NCBI GenBank assembly: GCA_964016885.1
Contig: OZ024751.1
Location: forward strand, 39,370,001 to 39,434,000
DNA from: Eledone cirrhosa
Taxonomy: Eukaryota
Length of the DNA: 64,000 nucleotides
Direction: 5' to 3'
Shown: positions 42,820 through 57,780 of the stretch, in pieces
Layout: the number at the start of each line of letters is the position of its first letter
Numbering within the stretch: position 1 is the first letter of the stretch
Notes under the pieces: model-generated
Databases searched by the model: none
What the model saw: only the letters and a program-made list of their open reading frames with translations
What the model was told of the DNA's origin: nothing
Program-made: the position numbers and the translations under genes

Positions 42820-44335
42820 CTGCAGTGTTGTGACTAGGAAGACCACAAAACAGAGGGATACCCTATGTATGTGGAGAAGTAGAATGGGTATAGAGGAAGG
42901 TAAAAACCCAATCACGATGCCAAATTTAAAGTTGTAGGCCCCAAATGATAGACAACTGGAAACACTCCTGCAGACAGTAAATGGATTAAGAAAAGAAAGA
43001 GACATTGAATTAGAACTAGAAAAATGTGCCAACACAGACCTGCAGTGAAGAAAACTATGAAAAGCTTTAATATGACACTAGATAAAGAAACTGAGATAAG
43101 AGAATTAGATAAAAAAACAAGCATACTAATACTTAGGAAGCAATGAACTAGATAGGTTTCAACACAGCTAGATGCAAGAAAAGATTAGAAAGGAATACTA
43201 TAGACAGATTAGATTACTATTTAAAACAGAACTAAATATAAAGGATGAGGTAATAGACATCAATACTCTAGTAGTCCCAGTAAAAAGCTACACTTTCAAT
43301 ATTCCAAACTGGATACTAAAAGAACTAGCATGGCCAGACAGAAAAAACAAAAAACAAGAAACATAATGACTGAATAACTTAGATATAGAATGATTATACC
43401 AACCACAAACACAGTGAGGAAGAGACCTTATACTAATAGAAAACTATTATAAAATAACCATGGTTGGACTACAGAACGACCCAAGAATAAAGGGGCAAGG
43501 GACAAGCAAAATTCATAAAACTGGCAACGAAGCAGTGGAGGAAGACACTGAAGGATTTCTTATTGCAGCACAAGATTAAAACCTCCACACTAGAAACCAC
43601 CAAAAATACATAATGAAGCAGAACACAGCAAGTAACAGCAGAGTATGTGGTGGTGGTGGTGGTAGTGGTAATGTTGAGGAAGAAACAAATAACCCCATTG
43701 TCTCTGGTTGTCCCTGTCTTAGCCCCCAAAAATATATATCCAGACATGATAGAGTTAAGATTTACATACACTGAAAGCTATGCAATATCAACAGAGAAAA
43801 AGGTGGTACAGACGTATGCCAGAAAAGGTACTAGAGAGTGACAAAGCAAACATTGTCTAGAAGAGGCCCATGCACGCAGACAAGATCAAAGCCAAATGGC
43901 CAGATATTATAATCAAAGATGATGAAAGACCAAAAAGACAAAATGTCCTCTAATTGATGTCTTCAAACAAGAAAATAGAGAAATTATCCAAATATAAAGA
44001 TCTGGAGATAGAAATAAACTAAATGTAAATGATGAAAACTGAAACAATCCCTACAATAAAAGGTACTCTAGGAATAAATCACACACACAGATACATAACT
44101 AAAACCCAAGGACTTACAAATATATACAACATACGGAAATATACTACAATTGACACTGCACACATATTACAAACAGTACTCTCAATACAATAGTAACTGC
44201 ACTGAAAACAGCACTGCACATAGCCAAGGCTCACAGAGCTGGGCTCAGTAACAAAGTAACAACACGCAATAAAGATAAGATTGATAATGACGATAATAAT
44301 AGTAATGATGATAATAGTAATAGTAATAATAACAA
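42820..44335 (+). mobile_element. Decayed R4/Dong-like non-LTR retrotransposon (RT C-term plus restriction-like endonuclease)
   Basis: Fragments KIRKEYYRQIRLLFKTELN..INTLVVPV.SYTF, TEGFLIAAQD, IVSGCPVLA, PDI, KLSKYKDLEIEI and TAHIL in order, with many stops and frameshifts; ends in a (TAA)-rich tract. Confidence 0.8.
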
Positions 44336-44931
44336 CAACAATGATGGCAACAGTGGTGGCAATGATGATGATGTTAATGTAAGTGAACAACCATAATAAA
44401 GAGAGACAAACAAATATACAGACAGACAGAAAAGTGAGAGAGATTAAGAGGTGAATAGAGAGGGGGAGCAAGTGGGGGAATAGACAGAGACATCAGACAG
44501 ACAGACAGACAAAAGTATATTTAATAGTTTTGGACTCTTTCTACTTAGTTTGAACAGCTAACATTACGATCCTGACCTTCGTCCGACATCCCACATTTTT
44601 ACATTTAAATTAGAAGAAAAATGGTACGTCGTAATTCGCATAATAACTAACGAGATCAAGCTATGACTATAGCAATACCACCATCTTTCTGGCATTCTGG
44701 CTTTATGTCGGCTTTCTTGGAGCAAGGACACCGAAAGACAAACTCTGTTACGTTAACTTGAGAAGAAAGGCGGCAAAACAGACACAATGACAAACCTGAG
44801 AACAAAGAAATTACTTTTTCAAAGACACAGAGAGAGAGAGAGAGGGTGAAAGAGAGACATAGAGAAAGGGTGAAAGAGAGACATAGAGAGAGAGAGAGAG
44901 GGTGAAAGAGAGACATAGAGAGAGAGGGGGT

Positions 44932-44969
<38 letters not shown>

Positions 44970-45090
44970 AAGAGAGTGATGACTGTATTCTTCAGCAATT
45001 AGAGAATTTACAATTCTAGCACAAACACCAAGTGTGTATGTGCGTGTGTATATATAGATATATATAATATATATATATATACATATATAC

Positions 45091-45133
<43 letters not shown>

Positions 45134-45437
45134 GCGTACATACACACATATATATAATTAGAAATAATTATTTATCTCAGAAACGGGGTCAGCAATTTAA
45201 TACAATTACCATAATGGTAGGTAGAAGGTGGAGGAGGGTAAAGGGTTGAGGATATATCTTTGGAAAAATGTCAGTCATAAGATATTGCAAGGATCTGTGG
45301 ACAGTCTCCAAGACAGCAAGAGGGAGGAAGGGAGCGAGAGAGGAGAGAGAGCGAAGTATGTAGCCAGAGATGGGTGTGGAGAAAATAAAAGTAAAAACCA
45401 AATATATATGTCCGTGTGTATGTATATATGTATATAT

Positions 45438-45994
<557 letters not shown>

Positions 45995-46117
45995 GGGGAA
46001 GGAGAGATAGATACATATGTTACTTTTGCTGAACTTCAGAAAGAATTACTAGAAAGTTCTGTTAATAACAAAAGCAAAAATTATATATATATGTACATAT
46101 ATATACTTATATATATA

Positions 46118-46178
<61 letters not shown>

Positions 46179-46529
46179 ATGATATATATATATATATATA
46201 TATATGTGTGTATAAGTAACTCACCACCTCTTTAATAAGCCTTACTCCCAGCTGGTGATAATAAATGAAACACTAAGATTTGTAACCGTTCACCAAATTA
46301 TTGGGCTTTTTTTTTTCTATTGCAAAATTTATTGATTTGGGTCTTTTCTTTGTTTTTTTTTTTATTTATTTGTTATTGTTCTTTCTTTTTCCAGAAGAAA
46401 ACAGCGGAGCTAAAGGTATTTGCAATAACAGACATCAGACGAAAAACGCTGATAAGTTTCATTTCCCAAATCTATATGAAAATATAAATGATCTATCTAT
46501 TCTATTATTACTTACTACTACTAACATCA

Positions 46530-47800
46530 CCAACACCCACCGCTACCACCACTACAACTATTACCATCACCACCACCACCACCACTACTATTACCACCTT
46601 TACTACTACTACTACTGTTACTACCACCACCACGACCACTACTATTACCATCACCACCTCTACTACTACTACTACTACTACTACTGTTACTAGCATCACC
46701 AACATCCACCACTACCACCATGACCACTACTATTACCATCACCACCACCACCAACATCCACCACTACCACCACAACCACTACTATTACCATCACCACCAC
46801 CCACCACTACCACCACGACCACTACTATTACCATCACCACCAACATCCACCACTACCACCACAACCACTACTATTAGCATCACCACCACCCACCACTACC
46901 ACCACGACCACTACTATTACCATCACCACCAACATCCACCACTACCACCACAACCACTACTATCAGCATCACCACCACCCACCACTACCACCACGACCAC
47001 TACTATTACCATCACCACCATCACTAACATCCACCACTACCACCACGACCACTACTATTACCATCACCACCATCACTAACATCCACCACTACCACCACGA
47101 CCACTACTATTACCATCACCACCAACATCCACCACTACCACCACAACCACTACTATTAGCATCACCACCACCCACCACTACCACCACGACCAGTACTATT
47201 ACCATCACCACCATCACTAACATCCACCACTACCACCACGACCACTACTATTACCATCACCACCACCCACCACTACCACCACAACCACTATTATTACCAT
47301 CACCACGACCACTACTATTACCATCACCACCACCACCAAGACCCACCACGACCACTACTATTACCATCACCACCACCAAGACCCACCACGACCACTACTA
47401 TTACCATCACCACCACCACCACCAAGACCCACCACGACCACCACAACCACTACTATTACCATCACCACCACCCACCACTACCACCACGACCACTACTATT
47501 ACCATCACCACCATCACTAACATCCACCACTACCACCACGACCACTACTATTACCATCACCACCACCCACCACTACCACCACAACCACTATTATTACCAT
47601 CACCACGACCACTACTATTACCATCACCACCACCACCAAGACCCACCACGACCACTACTATTACCATCACCACCACCAAGACCCACCACGACCACCACAA
47701 CCACTACTATTACCATCACCACCACCCACCACTACAACCACTACTATTACCACCACTACCACCACCAACACCCATCACCTCTACTACTACTACTACTACT
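46530..47800. repeat. Compound (ACC/ACT) minisatellite with higher-order units
   Basis: CACCACGACCACTACTATTACCATCACCACC recurs many times. Confidence 0.92.
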
Positions 47801-47977
47801 ACCCTTTGTGGATATTCCCTTCTCTTTACTTGATGTAAGCCCTACTTAGTTTTCCATCCCTGTACACACAGTATTCTGCCCGTGTGGCCAATAAACGAAA
47901 CCATTATCATTTCTGTATTTATTATTACTTATTTTTACCTTTATTATTATTTTTCATCATCATCATCATCATCATCA

Positions 47978-48761
47978 GGATTAATGCACACAATGCAGAT
48001 CCTGGGTACACAAGAGATGTAGCGGGATAGCAGGCAAACTAACAGGTAGGGAGAAATATGTATGCAGTAGATGTACAGGGAAATTAGACAGTAGAGGTCG
48101 CATTGATAGACACATTTTTCAAATGCAGGCGGGTGCTATAGAAGTGGTGGATAGCTTCCGGTACCTAGGAGATCAGATTAGCATGGGAGGAGAGTGTTCC
48201 GAGGCCATAGTATCTAGAATAAGGATGGGTTGGAAGAAGTTTAGGGAGCTGCTTCCTCTGCTGACGAAGAAGGGTTTCTCCCTGCGTATGAAAGGCCAGT
48301 TGTGTGATGCCTGTGTGAGGAGCGCGATGCTGCATGGTAGTCAGACATGGGCAGCAACTGAAGAGGATATGCGACGGCTGGAGAGAAATGAGGCAAGCAT
48401 GCTCCGTTGGATGTGCAGTGTCAATGTGCATGAACGACCCAGCATGAATGTGTTGAGAGAGAAACTGTGTCTGAGAGGGATAGAATGTAGTGTACGGGAG
48501 AGGAGACTGAGGTGGTATGGACATGTGATGCGCATGGAGGATGACCGATGGGAGAAGAAGTGCCAGGAAATGCCAGTTGAAGGAAGACGTGGTAGAGGTA
48601 GACCACGAAAAACATGGGTGGAGGTGGTGTGAACAGACCTTAGATCGTTGAAGCTCACGGTGGAGATGACAAAGGACCGTGACGAGTGGAGAGATGCTGT
48701 GCTGAATAAGACCCATCCCACCCTTGCAAGCAAGGAAGAGCAGACGTAAAATGATGATGAT
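47978..48761 (+). mobile_element. 5'-truncated RTE-clade LINE
   Basis: CTQCRSWVHKRCSG...CSRC...VDSFRYLGD...GWKKFRELLPLL...MLHGSQTW...RLRWYGHV...GRGRPRKTW; 3' stem-loop and (TGA)n tail. Confidence 0.95.
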
Positions 48762-49072
48762 TTCCTTTGTTTCGTCACTGTTTCTTTCAGTGGAAGAAAC
48801 TAGTTAAAAATGTGCAACATTCTCACAAGACACGAAACCTAGGAAACCAAACATATTTGCAGTGAAGTAACTTAGTACTAACATATTTAATGTATGGACT
48901 ATTAGAATATTAATATATCAACCATAATAATAGACTATATCTGTTTGTATCTCTATCTATGTATCTATCTGGTGGGTGGTTTTTTTCGAGGCACCAACAC
49001 TATCACTTTACAATGTGGGGTGGGGTTTTTTTGTCGTGGCCCCAACATATATAACTGAATAGTTAAACTTAC

Positions 49073-49198
49073 CATAGTTCTCTGTGAGGTCTTCTGTAAA
49101 TGGGACTGTATGTGTGGAGTAAATACATCCAGATCAAAAGGATCAACATTTTCATCGAGTTGATCCACTATCTTCTTGATCCGAGCCTTCACATTTCC
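49073..49198 (-). CDS. COG1: COG1 internal exon (GNVKARIKKIVDQLDENVDPFDLDVFTPHIQSHLQKTSQRTM)
   Basis: Diagnostic DPFDLDVFTPH motif of the COG1 C-terminus. Acceptor ATTTCTTTTCAG, donor ATG|GTAAGT; 126 nt, phase 0-0. Confidence 0.93.
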
Positions 49199-50463
49199 CT
49201 GAAAAGAAATAGTTATGATGAATTTATACAATTACAAAATTACGCGGATGCAATATTTTGCTTTTTACTTACAAGAACTTTAAATATCAACCCGGCTAAA
49301 GCCAAATCTGGTTCTATGAAATAAAACCACCACATTTTAATGGTTTCCAATTAATATTAAATTCTTCCAACATAATTTTTTATATAAGAACCTTACATTA
49401 AGTTACTATCTTAGTAATGAAATAATTAATAATTTTGGTAAATCCCTCAAAATTCTTCATTAATTAATTGAAATAGAGTGTATTTCATTAGAAATATGGT
49501 CATGAAAGGGTTAAATATATCTCAATGAAACAGAATCAGGTTTCAAAGGTAAAAGAAAAACCTCTGTATAATACAAGAACACACAGTAATATATTGGGGT
49601 AGAAATCAATTATATTGACCCCATATATTGAGTGGCATTTTATTTTACTGACGTTTTGGTTCCACGAAAAAAAAAATACAATGTAAATGTGGTTGGCATT
49701 AGGAAGGGCATCCATCTGTAGAAACTAAGCCAGCATCAGTTCTGTATCAGCAGGACACAGTCATCTGATCTGGCTTGTCTCACAATGGGACAACTCGTCT
49801 ATCACATACAGGGATACAGTGCTCCTATTCTAAAATCTAGGACCTACATGGTACCAAACAATTTAGGTACCTCTTCCAACATACAAGGATACATTGTAAT
49901 TAATCTAAAACCTGGGACATTTTGAAACAGTGTTACACTACCAGATACTTTCCCACATACACACAACAACCCTTTTAGTCACCATATTTCAACATGGAGA
50001 GACGCAGTGAACTTATTTTCAAAACTGGGGTACACAGAATACAATGAATAAATTAAAAGTAAGATAATATTTAACAAAACAAAATAAAATTAAATTAAAC
50101 AAAATAAGCAATAACAGATACAAAAAAAAAAGAATAATATAAATTAGGTAATTCATAAAATGAACTTAGTTGCAAACAGAAACGTTGCTGCAGTGGTGGA
50201 AGGGTTGAAGAAGGGTAGGAAGGTGTCAGCTTGGGGGAGAGGGGGAGGAGAGAGGTGGTGGGGGAGAAAAAGAAAGAGGGAAACGAAGGCAAAAAGAATG
50301 TGATCTGCGTAAAGCTGATACAATCATATTGACCTGGTGAGTAAATTAAAACTGAAATGATTAAGTAAATTCTACAAGCAAGCAATAGGAACTCTTGCCA
50401 GATCTTCAAACGTTTCTCATTGAAATATTTATAAAAACATCTCGTAAAATATCTCCTTTTCCC

Positions 50464-50509
<46 letters not shown>

Positions 50510-50688
50510 TCCTGCAGAAAGTTATTCGAGATTAAAATTCTGACCTTTAGCAATGGCACCTCTACATCAAACTTAGAAGAAGAAGAGGGGTCAAATTGTT
50601 GATATGAATTAAATAAAATTCTAAGACAAGTTTAGGTTCAGTTTGCTTTAGAAAAATATTCAATATATATAATTATTATTACTATCAT

Positions 50689-50738
<50 letters not shown>

Positions 50739-51169
50739 TATATATATATTTATATATATAGATATATTCTACACTTTCTAGTAGTGCAACTGTAACTATA
50801 ATTATATAACTATAACTATATACCTATTACTAACAGTTCTTGTTAACCCACTGATGAGTTCTCTCTACCAATGGAGAGGATGAGTAGAAGAACCATGATG
50901 ATGTTTTAATTTGTTGGTCACAATGGCCCAGGACATTGAGGACAATACAAGGACAAAGACAACAACACAAGACAAAGTGAGGTTTACCCTTTAGCACTTA
51001 CATCACTCTATATATACTATTGTATTTTGATGACAATGATGGACATGATGATGGTTGTCATGGTGACTATGGTGGTGGTGGTGGTTGAACTAATGGTTAT
51101 GATGATGATGATGATGATGAAGGAAATGAAGATTGTGGTAGAGGTGGTTGAAGTGATGATGATGATGAT

Positions 51170-51425
51170 ATTGATGATGACAATGATGTTGGTGATGATG
51201 ATAGTGATGGTGATGACAATGATAGTGATGATGAGATTGGGAGCTGGTGGAGGCCATCTTGATGACAATGATAGTGATGATGAGATTGGGAGCTGGTGGA
51301 GGCCATCTTGATGACAATGATAGTGATGATGAGATTGGGAGCTGGTGGAGGCCATCTTGATGACTACGATAGTGATGATGAGATTGGGAGGAACTGGTGG
51401 AGGCCATCTTGATGACTACGATAAT
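51170..51425. repeat. ~54-bp minisatellite in a (GAT)n tract
   Basis: GATGACAATGATAGTGATGATGAGATTGGGAGCTGGTGGAGGCCATCTT repeated about 4 times. Confidence 0.9.
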
Positions 51426-51779
51426 ATTGGTGAAGATGAAGATGATGAAAATTATAATATTCATGAGAAGAATATTATTAATTTTATTTAATAATTAGTA
51501 CCTTCTAAAACTTTCTCTGGTTAATGACTCACACATACACACACTAACAGTAACACACATACACACCAATACATACACACGCTAACACCTATACACACAC
51601 AAACAGCCACACATACATATACCTTGATATATGCACACACACCTACACATATACAGACACACAGACACACATATATATGTCCGACCCTTGCAAGCAGGGA
51701 AAAGCGGACGTAAAATGATGATGACGATGATATATATTTATACATATAGACGCATATATATATACACACACACACGCAG

Positions 51780-51812
<33 letters not shown>

Positions 51813-51885
51813 ATATATACACACACATATATATATATAAACAAATGTATAACAGACATGGAGGAGGAATTACGCGCATACTTAC

Positions 51886-52081
51886 TGACTTGTCTCCCTT
51901 TGGTGGGATAATTAAGGTGATGAACTTGAGGTCAAACATAAGTTGAAGGGATCTCTGTTGATTAAGAGGCAATGAGTCAGGGGTGAGAGGCAACTGTTTA
52001 GTGTGAGCATTCTTCAAGAGATGTTCGTAGCAGTCAAGGACTCCCTCAAATATTTGGCTCACTATATCCTGTAGTACTTGT
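51886..52081 (-). CDS. COG1: COG1 internal exon (QVLQDIVSQ...NQQRSLQLMFDLKFITLIIPPKGDKS)
   Basis: Resembles COG1 Q.RALQL.(Y/F)DL.(Y/F)...KGD. Acceptor polyT..CTATTTCAG (phase 2), donor TCA|GTAAGT (phase 0) matching the next exon. Confidence 0.88.
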
Positions 52082-52488
52082 CTGAAATAGAACAAAAAAA
52101 AAAAAAAATGAAAGATAAGTAAACACATGAATATGGTTGTGTGGTTAACTCTTTACTTACCAACCAACCAATCTTCCCACCTACCAACCAACTAATCGAC
52201 CAAGCAGCCAACTAAACAGTCAACCAACAAAATAATGATCACCACAACATCATATATATATATATATAAAGTGCATGGCCTCAGCCGGATGGCTGGAACA
52301 GGTAAAAGAGAATATATATGCATATATATATATATATTATATATATGTAGGAGGTGAGTTTAGCCTTCATATCATGTTCTCCTGTTTTATCTGATGAAAA
52401 CACAAATATTATTGCATGATGATGTTTGTTTTTGAAATGCGCATAATAAAATACATGGAACTCCTTTAACCATCTTTTGATCTTATAT

Positions 52489-52519
<31 letters not shown>

Positions 52520-52657
52520 ATTAGAAATAGAAGCTTTTGGTGTATTTTTGACTAAAGATATTTTAGCCTGATAGTGGGGTTTAGAACTCTCAAAGAAATG
52601 GAAAAAGATGAGTATTGACATATGCATATATATATACACAACCAAACACACACACAC

Positions 52658-52688
<31 letters not shown>

Positions 52689-52886
52689 CATATATATAAA
52701 CATTTTCTTTTCAATGGCTGACAATACCGTACCAGCGCCACTCGAATAAGGTAGTTATTTAACCCAGAAATGGGGCCCTAACAGGTACTGGGAGTTATGA
52801 TAAATAAGGGGTAACTCCACATTCCCCACAGCTCCTGAACTCTCGAACTGGACCCTTGCCACTGGATGTAGTTTAATGTCATACGA

Positions 52887-53227
52887 GAATGCTGAGGATA
52901 GCTCTGAACCTTAATCAGTATACACTGAGGATGAAGAACTCAGAACTGTATGGGAGCTTCCCAAAAGTCAGCTCAAAAGTGACACAGAGGAGACTGAGGT
53001 TAGCTGGACATGCTCACCGAAATCCAGAGTTGACACTGCACTCAGTGCTCCTGTCGGAGCCCCTGCATAGACACATTGGAAGAGGAAGACCAAGGTTAAC
53101 GTATGTTGATGCCCTAAGGACAGACACTGGTCTGTTGGAGACGCAGGACATTGCAACGAGAATGAGGCACGACAGAGACCACTGGAGAGAACTCATCCAT
53201 GGATCTCGAGAAGTTTACCTGCCCTAG
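52887..53227 (+). mobile_element. LINE C-terminal fragment, same family as 21138-21565
   Basis: MLRIALNLNQYTLRMKNSELYGS...RRLRLAGH...YVDALRTDTG; ends at TAG followed by (ATAG)n. Confidence 0.9.
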
Positions 53228-53289
53228 ATAGATAGATAGATATATACACAACTAAACATACACACACAAATACACACACACACACACAC

Positions 53290-53323
<34 letters not shown>

Positions 53324-53778
53324 ATATCATTATATACACACACACACACATGTATATATATGGGTGTGTTAAGTTATTATGTAGTGATGGTGCGATAAAA
53401 CATACTTGATGAGGGAAACCTATCTGAGATCCAGTTTAGATTTCCAGATGTAACACTGTTGCTACTGTTCTTAGGAACAGATCAAGACATCTGGAATATC
53501 TCCTTTCACATTCCTTGGTGAGAGCAAAATAAAATTGTATCTTTCTTTATATTTATCAACTAAAGAGTCACTGTAATCTTGAAATTGAATTTGAGATTAC
53601 AACTTTATATAAACATATTATTGTAATGTCTGTTTTGTTTTTATTTTGAGCCAAGAGAGCAATTATTGGTAAAGTAGACAGTACGCTACTGTATATGATA
53701 AAGATAAAGATGAAGATTTCTTATCTATTAATATAATGATGGCTATTTTTTATAATATTCCAAGTCACATACGCCTAT

Positions 53779-53825
<47 letters not shown>

Positions 53826-53895
53826 GTTATTCCGGGTTGAATCGGAGGTAACCACAGTAAGTAAGGTACTCAATACATTGCAGAGTATAAAAGTG

Positions 53896-53970
53896 TTAAT
53901 ATAGATGAGATTCTACAGGACTAGAACTGTTTCATTCTTTAGAAATCATCAGGAATCTCATCTATATTAA
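53896..53970 (-). ncRNA. Complete type I hammerhead ribozyme fold
   Basis: UUAAUAUAGAUGAGAUUC CUGAUGA U-UUC-UAAA-GAA-U GAAA CAG-UUCUAGUC-CUG UA | GAAUCUCAUCUAUAUUAA: 18-bp stem I, intact core, stem III, GUA triplet. Confidence 0.75.
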
Positions 53971-54013
<43 letters not shown>

Positions 54014-54122
54014 AGTGTGTGTACTTATATTTACATGTGAGTGTGTGTACTTATATCACCTGAACTCATCTGTCTCATGACAAGACAACTTGTCTAACCC
54101 ATGCTAGCATGGAAAATGGATG

Positions 54123-54243
<121 letters not shown>

Positions 54244-54286
54244 TCCACTGTATAAATATCATGTTTCTTTGAACTTCAATAAATGT

Positions 54287-54348
<62 letters not shown>

Positions 54349-55914
54349 AGTGGATTTCAGGAAAAACTATGCAACATTTATATATGAATTCTTTTTTTTT
54401 AATTTTATCTTAAAAACCAATACATATTTGCAATATGTATCATCAAATTCAAATTCTGGAAATATAAACTCTAAGTTGGTAAATACCTCCTGCACTCATT
54501 TCCCAATTAATCATTAGGTGAAACTTGTATTGTAAGTAACTGCCTCTCACTGATATTATATATATATATATTATAGAATTATGAACACAGTGTGTATATT
54601 TAGAATTCCTTCACCTTCACTTCACTTCACAAAACAGTCTGAAGAAAGAAATTAGATTAAACTATATTGTTTACTGATTGAAAACTTTTACCAATACTAT
54701 GCTGTAAGTCTGTACAAAGCCAGCATCATCATATCATCATCATCATCATGTGTAAGATGTTGCCATGGAAGATCCTCAGGAATAAGTGAACAAACAAGAG
54801 GAGTCAAGGAAAGTATGTTTCTATTGGTGCATCCACTGCTGATACTATTAGTGGGGCCAAACTCTTGGAAGAAGCTTCACTGCTTTTTCACTGAGAGTAT
54901 GAGGCAGAAATTGAACCCGGAATGTACAGTCAGAAGAATGTAATGCAGAGTATCCTGTCCATTACTCTAACTATTCTGACAATCCTCCTCCTCTTCTTCT
55001 GCCAACACCACCACCTCCACCACTGCTAGCACCCCCCCCCCCCCAGAAATGGTGTCTTATTTATCATATCAAGCACCAGAAAGAAATGGACAGCAAAGTT
55101 GAAGTCGGCAGGATTTAAACACAGAGTTCAGATAGCCATAACAAATACTGCGCAACATTTAATCTGACGCCATAACGACTCTGCCAATTTGCTGCCTTAT
55201 TAAATAAATAAATCTGTTCCTTCTACTAAAATAATAATTCTTAAAAAGTTTCTTTTTTTCTTTTCTTTTTTTACTTTCCAACAAAAGAATATAAAAGAAA
55301 AGAAACACCGAAACAACACAACAAATAAATTATATTTCGTAAAAATAAAATAAATTTCAGAAATTTTTTAAATATTGCCTGCAGCACTGTTATAACAAAT
55401 TTGAAGAATATATTGCTAGGAATTAAATATTCTGTTCTATCCTCTTTCCATTTTTTTTTTTTGTTATTTTTTATTTTGTTTCTTTGTTGTTTTTTTTTTT
55501 GTTATTTTTTCTCTCCTCATTTCCTTTTTCCTCTAAACACTGGAAAGAAGAGAAGTAAGAATGGTTTGGTAGATGAGTGGAGTAACATTGAGACAGAGAG
55601 AGAGAGAGAGAGAGAGGAGAACAAATAGTAACTTGGCAAAGGTGATCGGAAAAGAGCTAGTAATGACTGTTGTGGAGAGAAATAGAATGAGATGGCTAGG
55701 TCATGTGCTGAGGCAGGATGAAAGTGACTGCGTGAGAGGAACACAACTAGTGATAAATATTGTGGAGAGAAATGGAATGAGATGGTTATGTCATGTGCTG
55801 AAGAATTGACATAAGAATAATGATGATGGTGATGATGATATATATTTTTAACTTTAATCCACAAACAACCCCTCACACACACATCATCATCAGTGTCATT
55901 ATCACTTTATGTTC

Positions 55915-56025
55915 AATTCCTGTCAAGGTCAACTTTGACTTTCATCCTTACGGGGTCGATAAAATAAAGTACCAGTAATGCACTGGGATAATTGCTGGCC
56001 TTGTGCTAAATGTAGAAACAATTAT
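55915..56025 (+). mobile_element. SINE family A 3' half
   Basis: Central block plus tail. Confidence 0.8.
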
Positions 56026-56615
56026 CACTTTATGTCAATTTTCCAAGCTGGCTGGGTTGGGTTTTGATGGGTTGTCTTGGTCAGACATTAGACTAGTCAA
56101 AGAACCACATGTTGCTCAGACATTACATTTCTGGCCTGGATTATATGGCTGAATTCCCTTCCTAACAGCAGCCACTTTACAGAGTGCATCGGATACCTTT
56201 TTATCAGGGCACCAGCATTTTCCACTTTACCGAGGCTGACCCTGGGCTAAAAAGCCAACATGCCAGATCAGTCCAAATCACAGGAATATTTCTTCTTCTT
56301 CTATTGAAGCAAGCAGAAAAAGAAAATAAACTACAAGAATGTTTACTGTGAAGAAGAAATTATTTTTTATAATTTCTAAATAATTAAAAAGTCATTGAAA
56401 AAATTATTTCTATAACATGGAATTTAATTTTGATTTTGGTAAGTAAGGATAATCTAGAAAAAACAAAAACAAGAATTTTAGATATTTCACTGTAATCTCT
56501 CTGTCTGCCTATCTATCTATCTCTGCCTATCACTCACTCTCTCTCTCTTAGCCTCACAAACACACAGATGTAGCGATAGTCACACACTCACATAAATAAC
56601 TAAGTATATATATGC

Positions 56616-56723
<108 letters not shown>

Positions 56724-56819
56724 GTATATATATATACATATATATGTATATATATATATACATATATATATACACACATATATATATATGGTGGTGGGGG
56801 TGGTGTTGTTGATACTAAG

Positions 56820-56888
<69 letters not shown>

Positions 56889-57001
56889 ATATATATATTG
56901 ATCTTTTATCTAGATAGAAAAATTACAATTTTTTTTTTGTAGACATGTTTGCACATGTGCATGTTTCTAAGTAAATATGCATCTGCATGAATGCACACTT
57001 A

Positions 57002-57201
57002 NNNNNNNNNNNNNNNNNNNNNNNNNNNNNNNNNNNNNNNNNNNNNNNNNNNNNNNNNNNNNNNNNNNNNNNNNNNNNNNNNNNNNNNNNNNNNNNNNNN
57101 NNNNNNNNNNNNNNNNNNNNNNNNNNNNNNNNNNNNNNNNNNNNNNNNNNNNNNNNNNNNNNNNNNNNNNNNNNNNNNNNNNNNNNNNNNNNNNNNNNNN
57201 N
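57002..57201. other. Assembly gap (200 N)
   Basis: Run of N. Confidence 1.
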
Positions 57202-57570
57202 CGATCCAACTGTCAAACAACCACAACAACTACAACTACACTAATTTGAAATAGGAGAGGAGTATGGAAGGAGGATAGAAAAAAGAACTTTAAAATAAAA
57301 ACTAATGTTTATTACATTCTGTTATAGAAAGATAAATATAAGAGGTGATAATTAGAAATATATAAAGAGAAGAAAAGAGAAGCCTTTCAGATCAATAAGG
57401 GTGCTGGGAATTGAACCAGAGTTCATGATTATGGCAGCTTACCAATAACTTCTGGTGAACAAATGAATAACAACACCACATTGAGTGAGAAACTCTACTG
57501 TTAACAACTACAACACACTTACATAAGAAATGTTAGTATTAAACAACAACCACAACAACAACACACTTAA

Positions 57571-57780
57571 CCCTTCAGCATTTAAACTGGCTGTATCTAG
57601 CCAGAATTATTTCACTTCTTTCGTTTAAACCGGCTGTAACCGACTGCTCGTATTGATGTTAAGGTATTGTTCTCAAAATGAATAACATCGAAATCTCATA
57701 GAAGATTTGAATATTATGTGAGGTAAAGCCTCTACCGTGAAATGTAATAGTATATATAGAGTAATGTAAATGCTAAAGGG
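57571..57780 (+). mobile_element. Intact piggyBac-type MITE (210 bp)
   Basis: TTAA|CCCTTCAGCATTTA...TAAATGCTAAAGGG|TTAA: TIRs and TTAA TSD at 57567-57570 and 57781-57784. Confidence 0.88.

Noticed and set aside
50851-50895. CTGATGA plus hairpin (possible hammerhead)
   Set aside because: The GAAA core is replaced by GAGT and stems I and III are not evident; at best a dead remnant.
54759-54772. RFX X-box-like GTTGCCATGGAAGA (also TTGCTTAGCAAC near 38502)
   Set aside because: Isolated imperfect matches that are expected by chance in 64 kb.
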